DNA of 64,000 nucleotides from Eubacteriales bacterium (GTDB lineage: Bacteria; Bacillota; Clostridia; Oscillospirales; CAG-272): the NCBI GenBank assembly GCA_045586515.1, contig JAZNAM010000087.1, positions 11,501 through 75,500 of the forward strand. Direction: 5' to 3'. A program made the translations under genes and the position numbers. This document shows positions 1 to 8,828 of the stretch, in pieces. Numbering within the stretch: the stretch's first letter is position 1; each line of letters opens with the position of its first letter. A model generated the notes under the pieces. That model was not told the origin of the DNA. It did not search any database and saw only the letters and a program-made list of their open reading frames with translations.

Positions 1-687
1 TTTGAGCAAGTGCGCAACACCGTGGGCTATCCGCACCTCAACGTGAAGATCGGCGCAACGCATGCCGGCATTACCGTAGGCGAGGATGGTGCTACGCACC
101 AGTGCAACGAGGATATCGCGTTAATGCGTACGATTCCCGGCATGACGATCATCAATCCTGCGGATGCAGTGGAGGCAAAGGCTGCTGTTAAGGCGGCGTT
201 GTTGCACGACGGTCCCGTTTATATGCGCTTTGGACGTTACGCTGTTCCCGTGATCAACGATGCGGATACGTACGAGTTTGAAATGGGCAAGGGAGTCCTG
301 GTCAATGAGGGTAGCGACGTGACCTTGGTTGCAACGGGCATTATGGTCGATATGGCACTTACTGCTGCCGCTAAACTTAAGGAGGAGGGCATTTCGGCGC
401 GTGTGATCAACATTCACACCATCAAGCCCCTTGACCGCGAGATCGTGATCGCCGCCGCACGTGAAACGGGCGCGATCGTAACCGCAGAGGAGCACAACAT
501 TATCGGCGGTCTTGGCTCTGCTGTGGCAGAGGTTGTTGGCGAAGCCTATCCCGTGCCGGTGCTTCGCGTTGGAGTAGAGGATCAGTACGGTAGATCCGGC
601 ACCGTTCCCGCGCTTCTCGAGAAGTACGGTCTCACGCCTCAAAACCTTGTGGAGAAGGCGAAGGCGGCAATTGCGCTCAAAAAGTAA
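1..687 (+). CDS. Transketolase, C-terminal subunit (split-type); 5' end lies upstream of the window
   Basis: Frame 1 is open from base 1 (FEQVRNTVGY...). The product has GATHQCNEDIALMR, EEHNIIGGLGSAV and VEDQYGRSG segments typical of the pyrimidine-binding/C-terminal half of transketolase. Stop at 685-687. Confidence 0.85.
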   Translation, partial: FEQVRNTVGYPHLNVKIGATHAGITVGEDGATHQCNEDIALMRTIPGMTIINPADAVEAKAAVKAALLHDGPVYMRFGRYAVPVINDADTYEFEMGKGVLVNEGSDVTLVATGIMVDMALTAAAKLKEEGISARVINIHTIKPLDREIVIAAARETGAIVTAEEHNIIGGLGSAVAEVVGEAYPVPVLRVGVEDQYGRSGTVPALLEKYGLTPQNLVEKAKAAIALKK

Positions 688-696
688 GCGCACGGA

Positions 697-1026
697 ATGG
701 AAGTAAAGCGATTTATTAAAAACGACGACGGGTTCGTTTGCGCGCACTGCGGAAAAGAGGTGCAGCCTTTGGGTTATACCTCTCGCAATCATTGCCCGTT
801 CTGCCTCTGGAGCTTACATGTGGACGTCAATCCGGGGGATAGGGCGAGTGAGTGTGGCGGTGAATTGGAGCCCGTCAGCGTGTTGCCCGATGCGAAGCGC
901 GGATATATCATCATCCATCGCTGTCGCCGTTGCGGCGCGTTGCGCCGCAACAAGGCGGCACACGAGGCGAAGGTGCAACCCGATAACAAACGATTGTTGA
1001 TCGAACTGACGGCAAAACAACCGTAA
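697..1026 (+). CDS. RNHCP domain-containing zinc-ribbon protein
   Basis: 109-aa ORF with the literal motif SRNHCPFCLWSLHVD plus CAHC and CRRC Cys pairs. Starts 10 nt after the tkt stop. Confidence 0.75.
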   Translation: MEVKRFIKNDDGFVCAHCGKEVQPLGYTSRNHCPFCLWSLHVDVNPGDRASECGGELEPVSVLPDAKRGYIIIHRCRRCGALRRNKAAHEAKVQPDNKRLLIELTAKQP

Positions 1027-1048
1027 AAACGAAAAAGGGGGTGACGGT

Positions 1049-2092
1049 ATGAGAATAGTGAAAATCGTGGCGCTGCTTTTGGCGTTGCTTTTTCTGCTTT
1101 GTGCTTGTGGTGTCAAGCAAGAAGGCATTTCTTATGCCGATGACACCCATACCCACGTGTACGGATACTGGTATGACGCAACGCTGCCGAGCTGTCAGCA
1201 ACGGGGGGTTCGCGTGCGCTATTGCAAGATCTGCCACGCAGAACAAGGTGTAACTCTTCAGATTCCCGATGATGTGACCAAGCAGGTCCATACATATGCG
1301 GATCACAGAGTAGAACCGACCGAAAAGGACGAGGGTTCTTTTTTGCGAAAGTGTCAACTGTGCGGCTATGAGGTCGAAAGTTATACGATTCCCGCGCTGT
1401 ATGCGTTGTTCACCGATGAGAACACGATAACGACGGCACCAAGCGGCGTGAATGCACTGTTGCTTTCGGACACCGAAACCCATGTTATTTCTGCGCTTGT
1501 TGGCAAGGATGCTTCTATTGACGCAACGCTTGCGCGTCGCCTTGCCGTAGCGCTTCCCGTTGTGGAAGCTATGGGTGATTTTGATAGGATTGAAAGTACG
1601 ATCGTCGTTCGCGCCGAGATGCTTGGCGGCGTTGTTCCTACCACGCCCGGTGTATATGTCGGCGCCACGTTGAGCGTCAAACAGATTCTCGGCCTTTGGC
1701 TTATGGAAGGCGGCGACGATACGATGTTGTTGCTTTCTTCGCTGATGGGCGAAAGCGAAGCGGCGTTTCTTCACACCGTAAATGCACGCATGGACAAGCT
1801 CGGTGTAACGTTTATCGCAAGTTCGCTCAGACAGGGCAGTGCGTTTGTGGGTGTTACCGTTTATAATACCGCGGTGTTGCTTGCAAGGGCGCTTGACGAG
1901 CCGTTGATCTGCGAGTTGCTTGCGCTTAATACAAACCCTTACGTTATGGTGTGCGGTGAACGCCCCACTTTGTATTTTAGAATGGGAGATGCACGCGTTT
2001 CCGCAATTGCGCGCGAGGAAGGATATGCCTTTTTGATTTTGCAAGGCGGGGCGCTTCCCGGCGGAGTGGAGGATGTGTTGTACGCATCCTGA
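1049..2092 (+). CDS. Probable lipoprotein: N-terminal 4-Cys module plus a degenerate D-Ala-D-Ala carboxypeptidase (peptidase S11/PBP5)-like domain
   Basis: RBS AAAGGGGGTGA lies upstream. The signal peptide MRIVKIVALLLALLFLLCACG has a lipobox-like LCAC. The body aligns by eye to S11 carboxypeptidases, but SxxK reads ATLAR and SGN reads GGD. Confidence 0.5.
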   Translation: MRIVKIVALLLALLFLLCACGVKQEGISYADDTHTHVYGYWYDATLPSCQQRGVRVRYCKICHAEQGVTLQIPDDVTKQVHTYADHRVEPTEKDEGSFLRKCQLCGYEVESYTIPALYALFTDENTITTAPSGVNALLLSDTETHVISALVGKDASIDATLARRLAVALPVVEAMGDFDRIESTIVVRAEMLGGVVPTTPGVYVGATLSVKQILGLWLMEGGDDTMLLLSSLMGESEAAFLHTVNARMDKLGVTFIASSLRQGSAFVGVTVYNTAVLLARALDEPLICELLALNTNPYVMVCGERPTLYFRMGDARVSAIAREEGYAFLILQGGALPGGVEDVLYAS

Positions 2093-2096
2093 CAAA

Positions 2097-2131
2097 AGAG
2101 AGCCGCATCGCATGATGCGGCTCTCTTTTTG
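2097..2131 (+). terminator. Intrinsic terminator after the lipoprotein gene
   Basis: 13-bp perfect stem AGAGAGCCGCATC/GATGCGGCTCTCT (2097-2109/2114-2126), 4-nt loop, then a T-run. Confidence 0.85.
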
Positions 2132-2427
2132 TCAACCGTGGTGTTGCCCAAGACCAAGGGGATTTTTGCTTTTGGTTCTCATTGGTCTGTTCAACGGCGA
2201 TGAAGTCGACGGCCGGTTTTGGCTAAGTATGATGTTTCCAAAAGCCGTTGGTATTTACTACTCCGCGAGCTGTCAAAATTTCAAGCAGATATACGCGCGT
2301 GCGTTCAAAAAATAAGAGAGAACCCCTTTTGTTTGCGGACCAGGGAGCTTTTTTATGAAAAATCTCCTGAAAGTTGCCATCCATATAAGGGTCAATGAGA
2401 AAAAATCACCTAAAATAAAAAAAACTC

Positions 2428-2457
2428 TTGACAAGCAAGATTTGTTTCGTATATAAT
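2428..2457 (+). promoter_or_regulatory. Sigma-A type promoter of rpmH
   Basis: TTGACA at 2428-2433 and TATAAT at 2452-2457 (18-nt spacer), about 80 nt upstream of the rpmH ATG. Confidence 0.7.
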
Positions 2458-2537
2458 ATATGTTGTCACTGTAAAAAGCGTGCATTGTGTCTTGTGGCCC
2501 GATACGCTTCCGATTTCGATTTTAAGGAGGTGCCATT

Positions 2538-2672
2538 ATGCTCAGAACTTACCAACCCAAAAAGCGTCAGAGAAAGAAAGAGCACGGTTTCAGAAAGAGA
2601 ATGAAAACTGCAGACGGCAGAAACGTTCTGAAGAGAAGACGTGCGAAAGGCAGAAAGAGACTCACTTACTGA
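2538..2672 (+). CDS. rpmH: 50S ribosomal protein L34
   Basis: Hand-translated; too short for the ORF track. Product is [44 protein letters not shown] (44 aa). RBS AAGGAGG at 2524-2530. Followed by rnpA as in most bacteria. Confidence 0.95.
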   Translation: MLRTYQPKKRQRKKEHGFRKRMKTADGRNVLKRRRAKGRKRLTY

Positions 2673-2702
2673 TCTCGCTGTCCACATAGTTGATGATGAT
2701 TG

Positions 2703-2739
2703 ATGACCGATGACGCGTATTGCCCATCGGTCATTTTTC
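2703..2739 (+). terminator. Intrinsic terminator/attenuator between rpmH and rnpA
   Basis: 10-bp stem ATGACCGATG/CATCGGTCAT (2703-2712/2725-2734), 12-nt loop, TTTTT at 2735-2739. Confidence 0.75.
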
Positions 2740-2813
2740 ACGAATAACGATTTCACGCAAAGCAGAATTTTCCCCAGCAACATTCACAAACACGGAAGCA
2801 GGTTACAGGCAAC

Positions 2814-3194
2814 ATGAAGGAATACGCAATCAAGGAACATCACCTTTATAACAAGGCCTTTCACAAAGGACAGCGAGCTGTCGGGCGGCTCGTGGCGGTC
2901 TACGTCCTTCGGGACTACGCCGCGAAGCGGTTGATGCTGGCTAACCCGAAGAAGGAATACTTCAACAGGGTAGGACTGTCGGTCGGTAAAAAGATCGGCG
3001 GCGCCGTGGCGCGTAATCGTGCCAAGCGTCTTTTGCGAGAGGGTTATCGCGCCGTAAAAGCGCGCGGCCTCAAAACGGGCTATCTTGTGGTATTGGTGGC
3101 AAGAGAGGAGATCCGCGGCAAAAGGATGCAGGATGTCGAGCGAGAACTCGCTTGCGCATTTGAACGCCTGGGGCTTCTTGATCGTGCCAAATGA
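2814..3194 (+). CDS. rnpA: Ribonuclease P protein component
   Basis: 126-aa basic protein with [23 protein letters not shown] (RNR-type motif). Sits between rpmH and yidD. Confidence 0.9.
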   Translation: MKEYAIKEHHLYNKAFHKGQRAVGRLVAVYVLRDYAAKRLMLANPKKEYFNRVGLSVGKKIGGAVARNRAKRLLREGYRAVKARGLKTGYLVVLVAREEIRGKRMQDVERELACAFERLGLLDRAK

Positions 3195-3568
3195 AAAAAC
3201 TTTGCATTGCGCTAGTGCGCTTTTACAAAAAACACATTTCTCCACGCAAGGGCGGACCGTGCTGTCGGTTTGTGCCAAGCTGTTCGACTTATGCCATCGA
3301 GGCGTTTGAAAAGCGTGGATTTTTTATGGGAATGATCCTCACGGTCTGGCGAATCCTTCGTTGCAATCCTTGTAGCGTCGGCGGCTATGACCCCGTGCCC
3401 GAAAAGGGTTTTCGATATAAGGGTTCGAGGAAGATCCCAGCCGTATGTGACGATGATTGCTGCGAGAGTGGCGATCCTTGCCGGGGAGACGACGGCAAAG
3501 GCGGTGCGCAAGAGGCGCACGGCGACAGTACAGCGTCTCGCAAGGAGGGCGAGGAGCATTGCTCCTGA
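3191..3568 (+). CDS. yidD: Membrane protein insertion efficiency factor YidD with a ~50-aa Cys/Asp/Gly-rich C-terminal extension
   Basis: ATGA overlap with the rnpA stop. The core [32 protein letters not shown]...[14 protein letters not shown] is canonical YidD. The ORF then continues to 125 aa (...[20 protein letters not shown]...). Confidence 0.85.
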   Translation: MKKLCIALVRFYKKHISPRKGGPCCRFVPSCSTYAIEAFEKRGFFMGMILTVWRILRCNPCSVGGYDPVPEKGFRYKGSRKIPAVCDDDCCESGDPCRGDDGKGGAQEAHGDSTASRKEGEEHCS

Positions 3569-3602
3569 ACGGTCCCCCATCCATGGAAAGGATGAAAATC
3601 AA

Positions 3603-5246
3603 ATGAAGATGAAAACCATGAAAAGAGTGCTCCTTATCGCACTCGCACTTACGATGCTTGTATGCGTATGCAGCGCATGCGGCAGAAAGAGTGCTTCCGC
3701 AGACTATACGTGGGAGAACTACGTAACCGCCGAGAAGTACTTTAGCGAGAAGATCCCTCAGGATGCGTCTGTACGTGAGGCGTTCGTTTCCGCTTATCGC
3801 GGACACGACGTGAGCGCCGAAGGTTTCGACAAGAACTCGGATGCTGCGGCGGTGAAGGGCGAGGTCAACGTGGAGGCAGCCAAGAAGGCGCTTGAGCCTA
3901 TTGCGGACGAGCTTCGTGCCGCAGAGGATACGGTGTCGCTTGATCGATTTGCCGAGGCACGTGATGCGCTTACTGCCGAACAGGTAGAGACGATCGTTAC
4001 TGAGATGAAGACCGAGGTCAATCTTGATAGCACCGGATTTCCGGGTATTATCCTCGTGTGGGTCGGTAAGCTTTTGCAGCTTATTACGCACTACGTTGCC
4101 TTTGATAACTACGTTGTGGCATTGTTCTTCTTTGCCATTATCGTGGAGATCGTGCTGATCTATTTCAGTATTCTTCAGCAGAAGAACTCCATCAAGCAAG
4201 CAAGACTTTCCCCCAAGGAACGCGCAATCCGCAAGAAGTATGCAGGCAGAACCGATCAGGCGACGCAGCAGAAGCTTCAGCAGGAGATCCAGAAGCTCTA
4301 TCAGGACGAGGGCTTCAACCCCATGAGCGGCTGCTTGCCCATGCTCGTACAGATGCCTGTGGTGATTGCACTGTATAACATTGTGATTAACCCCTTGCAG
4401 TACGTGTTCGGCAGATCCGCAGAGCTTTCTAACGCACTGATGACCTTTGTAGGCACCTCTCGTGCTGCAGGTGGTCTCGGCATGAATCTTTCCAACAGCC
4501 GCGGCGGCACCATTGAGCTGCTTTCCCGTTTGAACGGCTTTGAGGGCTGGAGAGAGAAGTTTGCCGACTTTGCGTACTACTCCAACGCTGCTGAATGTGC
4601 GGCAGACCTTCCCGAAGGTATCACCTCGCTTAACTTTATGATCGGAAACGTGAACACGGGTCTTGTTCCCAGTTTCAAGGAGTTCTCTTGGCTGTTGCTC
4701 GTTCCCGTTCTGACCTTCGTTGCATACTTCTTTAGCATGAAGGTTGCTCGCAAACTTTCTTATCAGCCCGCAGCACAGGATCCTCAGGCAGGTTGCTCCA
4801 ATGCTATGATGGACATTACCATGCCTTTGATGAGTGTATTTATTACTTTCATTACACCCGCAGCTATTGGTATCTACTGGATCTTCAAGTGTCTTGTTGG
4901 TATGTTGGAAAAGGTGATCTTAAACAAGATTATGCCTTTGCCCAAGTTTACCGAGGAGGACTACAAGAAGGCGGAGCGTGAGATGAAGGGCAAGATGCGT
5001 CCTGAGGATAGAGCACCTATCGAAGTGCCCGTAAAGCAGAAGAAGTCCTTGCACTATATTGATGAAGAGGATGATCTTCCTCCTCGTGAACGTGCAGTTC
5101 GTTACGATGACGAAGAAGAGGAAGATACCCCCTCCGAGCGCCGGTTGAAAGAAGCGGCAAGAGCCGAAGAGCAAAGAAGAGCGCAGAAGGCTAATTTGGA
5201 TGCGGCTCCCTTGAAGAATGACCGCAAGAATGACAAAAAGAAGTGA
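3603..5246 (+). CDS. yidC: YidC/Oxa1-family membrane insertase, lipoprotein type, with a charged C-terminal tail
   Basis: Start moved to the ATG at 3603 (MKMKTMKRVLLIALALTMLVCVCSACG signal/lipobox, RBS GGAAAGGA). The product has LYQDEGFNPMSGCLPMLVQMPVVIALY and AAIGIYWIF core motifs and a Lys/Glu/Asp-rich tail. The 3387 start in the ORF track would overlap yidD. Confidence 0.9.
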   Translation: MKMKTMKRVLLIALALTMLVCVCSACGRKSASADYTWENYVTAEKYFSEKIPQDASVREAFVSAYRGHDVSAEGFDKNSDAAAVKGEVNVEAAKKALEPIADELRAAEDTVSLDRFAEARDALTAEQVETIVTEMKTEVNLDSTGFPGIILVWVGKLLQLITHYVAFDNYVVALFFFAIIVEIVLIYFSILQQKNSIKQARLSPKERAIRKKYAGRTDQATQQKLQQEIQKLYQDEGFNPMSGCLPMLVQMPVVIALYNIVINPLQYVFGRSAELSNALMTFVGTSRAAGGLGMNLSNSRGGTIELLSRLNGFEGWREKFADFAYYSNAAECAADLPEGITSLNFMIGNVNTGLVPSFKEFSWLLLVPVLTFVAYFFSMKVARKLSYQPAAQDPQAGCSNAMMDITMPLMSVFITFITPAAIGIYWIFKCLVGMLEKVILNKIMPLPKFTEEDYKKAEREMKGKMRPEDRAPIEVPVKQKKSLHYIDEEDDLPPRERAVRYDDEEEEDTPSERRLKEAARAEEQRRAQKANLDAAPLKNDRKNDKKK

Positions 5247-5256
5247 GGAAACGACA

Positions 5257-5937
5257 GTGAAGAAGGAAACCATCGTTGTCGCAAAAAGCGTTGAGGAAGC
5301 AGTTGCCCGCGCCGTAGAGGAGCTGGGCGCACCGAACGCCGACGCGATCGAATATACCGTTTTGGAGGAAGCTAAGAAGGGCTTCCTTGGCATTGGCGCG
5401 GCACCTGCCAAGATCAGTGCCAGCTACACGCTTTCGGGGGCAGAGCTTGCTCTGGATTTCGTCCGTTCCCTCGTTGAAAGCATGGGCCTTGAGGCAAGTG
5501 TTACTATGAGCGAGGACGGCGAGAACAAGCTCATTCGTGTGATGGGAGAGAGCGCAGGCGTTCTCATTGGCCATCATGGCGACACGCTCGACTCTCTCCA
5601 GTATCTTGCGAATCTTGCTGCTAACAAGAAGGTGGCAGGAGAAAAGCGCGAGTTCTGCCGCATAACCGTGGATATTGAGAACTACCGCGGCAAGCGCGAG
5701 GAGACACTTCGCGCTCTCGCACGCAACAAGGCAGAAAAGGTCTTGCGTTACAAGAAGAGCCAAACTTTGGAGCCTATGAACCCTTACGAGCGCCGCATTA
5801 TCCACTCTGAGGTGCAGAAGATCGAGGGTGTTTCCACCAACTCTATCGGCAGTGAGAATAACCGCCGCGTGGTATTGTATCTTGAGGATACCGTTGCCGC
5901 GCCCGCACATCACGACGAGGACTACGGCGAATTCTAA
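5257..5937 (+). CDS. jag: Jag/KhpB RNA-binding protein (Jag_N, KH, R3H)
   Basis: The product has a KH-like GESAGVLIGHHGDTLDSLQYL segment and an R3H-like LEPMNPYERRIIHSEV segment. GTG at 5257 follows RBS GAGGAA. In-frame ATGs at 5218/5230 are alternative starts that overlap the yidC end. Confidence 0.85.
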   Translation: MKKETIVVAKSVEEAVARAVEELGAPNADAIEYTVLEEAKKGFLGIGAAPAKISASYTLSGAELALDFVRSLVESMGLEASVTMSEDGENKLIRVMGESAGVLIGHHGDTLDSLQYLANLAANKKVAGEKREFCRITVDIENYRGKREETLRALARNKAEKVLRYKKSQTLEPMNPYERRIIHSEVQKIEGVSTNSIGSENNRRVVLYLEDTVAAPAHHDEDYGEF

Positions 5938-5957
5938 TAGCATGCGCCGAAGACGAA

Positions 5958-5987
5958 GGGGCAAGCGCGTGTCGCTTGCCCCTTTTT
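5958..5987 (+). terminator. Intrinsic terminator between jag and mnmE
   Basis: 10-bp stem GGGGCAAGCG/CGCTTGCCCC (5958-5967/5973-5982) followed by TTTTT. Confidence 0.8.
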
Positions 5988-6002
5988 GTAAAGGAGAGTA
6001 CT

Positions 6003-7370
6003 ATGATTTTTGATACCGTTGCCGCCGTTTCTACACCGCGCGGAAAAGGCGGAATAGCCGTAATCCGCATATCGGGGGAACAAACGCGCAAGATTCTTGA
6101 TGCGGTGTTTGTGGCACGCGGCGCTTCTCCCGTAGAGCGCCCGCGTTGCGCTGTGTATGGTGAGATTCGCGACGCAGACGGCGTGGTGATTGACGAGGGT
6201 CTGGCGACCTATTTTAACGCCCCGTATTCTTTTACGGGGGAGGACGTGGCGGAGATTTCCTGTCATGGCGGCGTATTGCTCACCGAGCAGGTGCTCTCGA
6301 CGGTGTTCGCGGCAGGTGCGCGAGAGGCGCTTCCGGGTGAATTTACGCGTCGTGCTGTGATGAACGGCAAGATGAAGCTATCCTCGGCAGAGGCGCTCGG
6401 CGCACTGCTCGAAGCCAAGACAACGGGACAGGTGGCGCTCGCGCGCGGTGGCATGAGGGGGACGCTTGCACGTGCATTGGAGGAAAGCTTTTCCTCGCTT
6501 TCGCTTCTGATGGCAGATGCATATGCAAAAATTGATTTTCCCGACGAGGATTTGAACAGCATGAGCCGCGGAGAAATGATCGCGGCGTTGACAAGTAGAC
6601 GCGACGCGCTTGTTGCACTTGCGAAGAGCTATCGCACAGGTCACGCCGTTGCAGAGGGTGTTCGCACCGTTATTTGCGGCCCCGTTAATGCAGGAAAGTC
6701 TACGTTGTATAACGCGCTTGTGGGCAGAGAGGCGGCGATTGTTACCGATATTGTGGGTACGACACGCGACGTACTGTGCGAAACGGTGGCACTCGGGCGC
6801 GTGACGCTTCGCCTTTGCGATACGGCGGGTTTGCGCGAAACAGGTGATGCCGTGGAAGGCATTGGAGTGACGCGCGCGAGAGAGGAAATGGCGCGTGCAG
6901 AGCTAATCTTTTGCGTGCTTGATGCCTCGAGTGCGGCAAATGTAGAGGTGCGTGCATTGCTTGCCGAACTTTCGACAAGCGAGACGCCCGTGGTGATCGT
7001 ACTCAATCAATGTGATCGCGGCGACGTATTTGATACGACGTTGCTTGCGGATTTTTCGCGCGTAGTGCGCGTGAGCGCCGCCAACGGTGAGATTGCACCG
7101 CTTATTCAAGCCGTTGAGGGGCTGTACCTCGTTGACGGTATTGATTTGCGCGAGGATCCCATTGTGGCAAATGCCAGACAGCACGCCGCACTTTGCAATG
7201 CAGTGGAATCACTTTCTTGCGCGGCAGAGGCGCTTCGCGCCGACGTGCCGATGGATGCCGCTCTTATCGACGTCGAGCTTGCGATGCGCGCGCTTGGCGA
7301 GGTGGACGGCAGAGCCGTGGATGAGGCGATTCTTGCCGATATTTTTGCCAATTTCTGCGTAGGAAAATAA
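6003..7370 (+). CDS. mnmE: tRNA modification GTPase MnmE (TrmE)
   Basis: Starts at MIFDTVAAVSTPRGKGGIAVIRISG after RBS AAGGAGAG. G1 motif GPVNAGKSTLYNAL. C-terminal FCVGK tetrapeptide. Confidence 0.92.
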   Translation: MIFDTVAAVSTPRGKGGIAVIRISGEQTRKILDAVFVARGASPVERPRCAVYGEIRDADGVVIDEGLATYFNAPYSFTGEDVAEISCHGGVLLTEQVLSTVFAAGAREALPGEFTRRAVMNGKMKLSSAEALGALLEAKTTGQVALARGGMRGTLARALEESFSSLSLLMADAYAKIDFPDEDLNSMSRGEMIAALTSRRDALVALAKSYRTGHAVAEGVRTVICGPVNAGKSTLYNALVGREAAIVTDIVGTTRDVLCETVALGRVTLRLCDTAGLRETGDAVEGIGVTRAREEMARAELIFCVLDASSAANVEVRALLAELSTSETPVVIVLNQCDRGDVFDTTLLADFSRVVRVSAANGEIAPLIQAVEGLYLVDGIDLREDPIVANARQHAALCNAVESLSCAAEALRADVPMDAALIDVELAMRALGEVDGRAVDEAILADIFANFCVGK

Positions 7371-7373
7371 GGG

Positions 7374-7402
7374 AAAGCACCGGGGATGACTCGGTGCTTT
7401 TT
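7374..7402 (+). terminator. Intrinsic terminator after mnmE
   Basis: Stem AAAGCACCG/CGGTGCTTT (7374-7382/7392-7400) followed by T residues. Confidence 0.75.
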
Positions 7403-7405
7403 GTA

Positions 7406-7434
7406 TTGACAAACTGGGGAAAGCGTGCTATACT
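7406..7434 (+). promoter_or_regulatory. Sigma-A type promoter of the arsR/sdpR-sdpI-ABC operon
   Basis: TTGACA 7406-7411, 17-nt spacer, TATACT 7429-7434. Confidence 0.65.
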
Positions 7435-7473
7435 ATATTTAACGAGTTGGTTAAATGAAGAAAGGAGAACGTG

Positions 7474-7755
7474 ATGGGCATACAGCAAACGTTGCGCGCA
7501 TTGTCTGATCCTGTGCGGCGTAATATTCTAAAGCTGCTCAAATCGGGGCGTCTCTCCGCGGGCGAGATTGTGGAGCACTTTGATATTACGGGTGCCGCCA
7601 TTTCTCGGCATTTGTCGGTGTTGAAGGACGCTGATTTAATACGCGACACGCGCGAGGGGAAATATATTTACTATGAATTGAATGCGTCCGTGCTTGAGGA
7701 AATCATGCTTTTCGTGACGGACCTGAAAGGGGAGAGAAATGATGAAGAAGTGTAA
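7474..7755 (+). CDS. ArsR/SdpR-family winged-helix transcriptional repressor
   Basis: LRALSDPVRRNILKLLKSGRLSAGEIVEHFDITGAAISRHLSVLKDADLI is a classic ArsR HTH. RBS AAAGGAGA. GTG at 7471 is an alternative start. Confidence 0.85.
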   Translation: MGIQQTLRALSDPVRRNILKLLKSGRLSAGEIVEHFDITGAAISRHLSVLKDADLIRDTREGKYIYYELNASVLEEIMLFVTDLKGERNDEEV

Positions 7756-8827
7756 CGTGTGGAAGATGCTCGTAAGCTCGCTGCTCATTGTAGTGCCAAT
7801 CGTATTCGGCATCGTTGTATGGAACAAAATACCCGAGCAGGTTGCAATCCATTGGGGCGTAGACGGTGTAGCTGATGGCTTTGGCAGCCGCTTTGTAGCG
7901 GTCGTATTACTACCCGTTATCCTGCTTGTGATTCATTGGCTTTGTATTTTTGCCACATTGTGGGATAACAAGAAAACGAGGCAGAGTAAGAAGGTGTTGG
8001 GAATGATGTATTGGATCGTTCCCGGTATTTCGTTGTACGTGTCGACGCTCATGTACGCTGCCATATTCGGTATGAACTTTGATATGGTTGCATTTACTGT
8101 CGTAATTGTTGGTGTGCTCCTTGCGGTGGTCGGTAATTATATGCCAAAGTGCACGCGCAATCGCACGTTGGGCATCAAATTGAAATGGACGCTTGCCAGC
8201 GATGAAAACTGGAATTATACGCACCGTCTGGCAGGTAAAACGTGGATGATCTGCGGCATTGCTATGACACCCCTTGTTTTCTTGCCGATGGAATTTTCGA
8301 TTGCGGGTATGTTTATCCTGTTGCTTGTGGCGATGACTATTCCTGTTGTTGCCTCATACGTTTATTACAGAAAGCAGTTGCGCGAGGGGATGCTCAAAGA
8401 GAATGTATATGTCGTAGAGAAGAAAAAAAGCAGCACGATCGCAAGTGCGATTCTTTTGCCGCTCGTTGCCGTGGTGGTTTGTGTGATGCTGTTTACGGGC
8501 AACGTTACGACGCATTATGGTGAGGATTCTTTGGAAATCAAAGCAACCTATCATGGTGATGCCACGATTGCATATAGCGATATTGAAGATATTGAGTATC
8601 GAGAGGAATTTTCCAAAGGCAGTCGCATGATGGGGTATGGCTCTCCCAAACTCTCCTTGGGCGCATTTAACAATAGTGAGTTTGACAATTACACACTTTA
8701 TTCCTATACCAAATGCGATGCGGTGGTTGTGCTGACGGTTCGTGGCAAAAAGATCGTCGTGAATGGTAAAAGCGCCGAGGAAACAAAAGCCATCTATGAA
8801 GCGCTTACAGAAAGGATTGGTGGATAA
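7739..8827 (+). CDS. SdpI/YhfL-family membrane protein (DUF1648 + SdpI) with a C-terminal bacterial PH-like domain
   Basis: 17-nt overlap with the repressor gene. N-terminal WNKIPEQVAIHWGVDGVADGFGSRF (DUF1648-like). Multiple TM segments with NWNYTHRLAGKTW (SdpI-like). The soluble ~110-aa tail is assigned to the PH fold by inference only. Confidence 0.7.
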   Translation: MMKKCNVWKMLVSSLLIVVPIVFGIVVWNKIPEQVAIHWGVDGVADGFGSRFVAVVLLPVILLVIHWLCIFATLWDNKKTRQSKKVLGMMYWIVPGISLYVSTLMYAAIFGMNFDMVAFTVVIVGVLLAVVGNYMPKCTRNRTLGIKLKWTLASDENWNYTHRLAGKTWMICGIAMTPLVFLPMEFSIAGMFILLLVAMTIPVVASYVYYRKQLREGMLKENVYVVEKKKSSTIASAILLPLVAVVVCVMLFTGNVTTHYGEDSLEIKATYHGDATIAYSDIEDIEYREEFSKGSRMMGYGSPKLSLGAFNNSEFDNYTLYSYTKCDAVVVLTVRGKKIVVNGKSAEETKAIYEALTERIGG

Positions 8828-8828
8828 C

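Noticed and set aside
2355-2456. A 33-codon ORF (MKNLLKVAIHIRVNEKKSPKIKKTLDKQDLFRI) with GGGAG upstream.
   Set aside because: It overlaps the rpmH promoter (-35/-10), is AT-rich and low-complexity, and has no terminator of its own. It is probably non-coding.
2132-2813. A possible oriC/DnaA-box cluster next to rpmH.
   Set aside because: I found only isolated weak matches to TTATCCACA (two or more mismatches each) and no AT-rich unwinding element with repeated 13-mers. dnaA is not adjacent. This is recorded as a synteny oddity, not called as an origin.
3387-3602. The ORF-track start of yidC at 3387, giving a 619-aa protein that overlaps yidD by 180 nt.
   Set aside because: The extension ([15 protein letters not shown]...) has no RBS and overlaps the yidD frame. 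The internal ATG at 3603 has an RBS and begins a proper signal peptide/lipobox.
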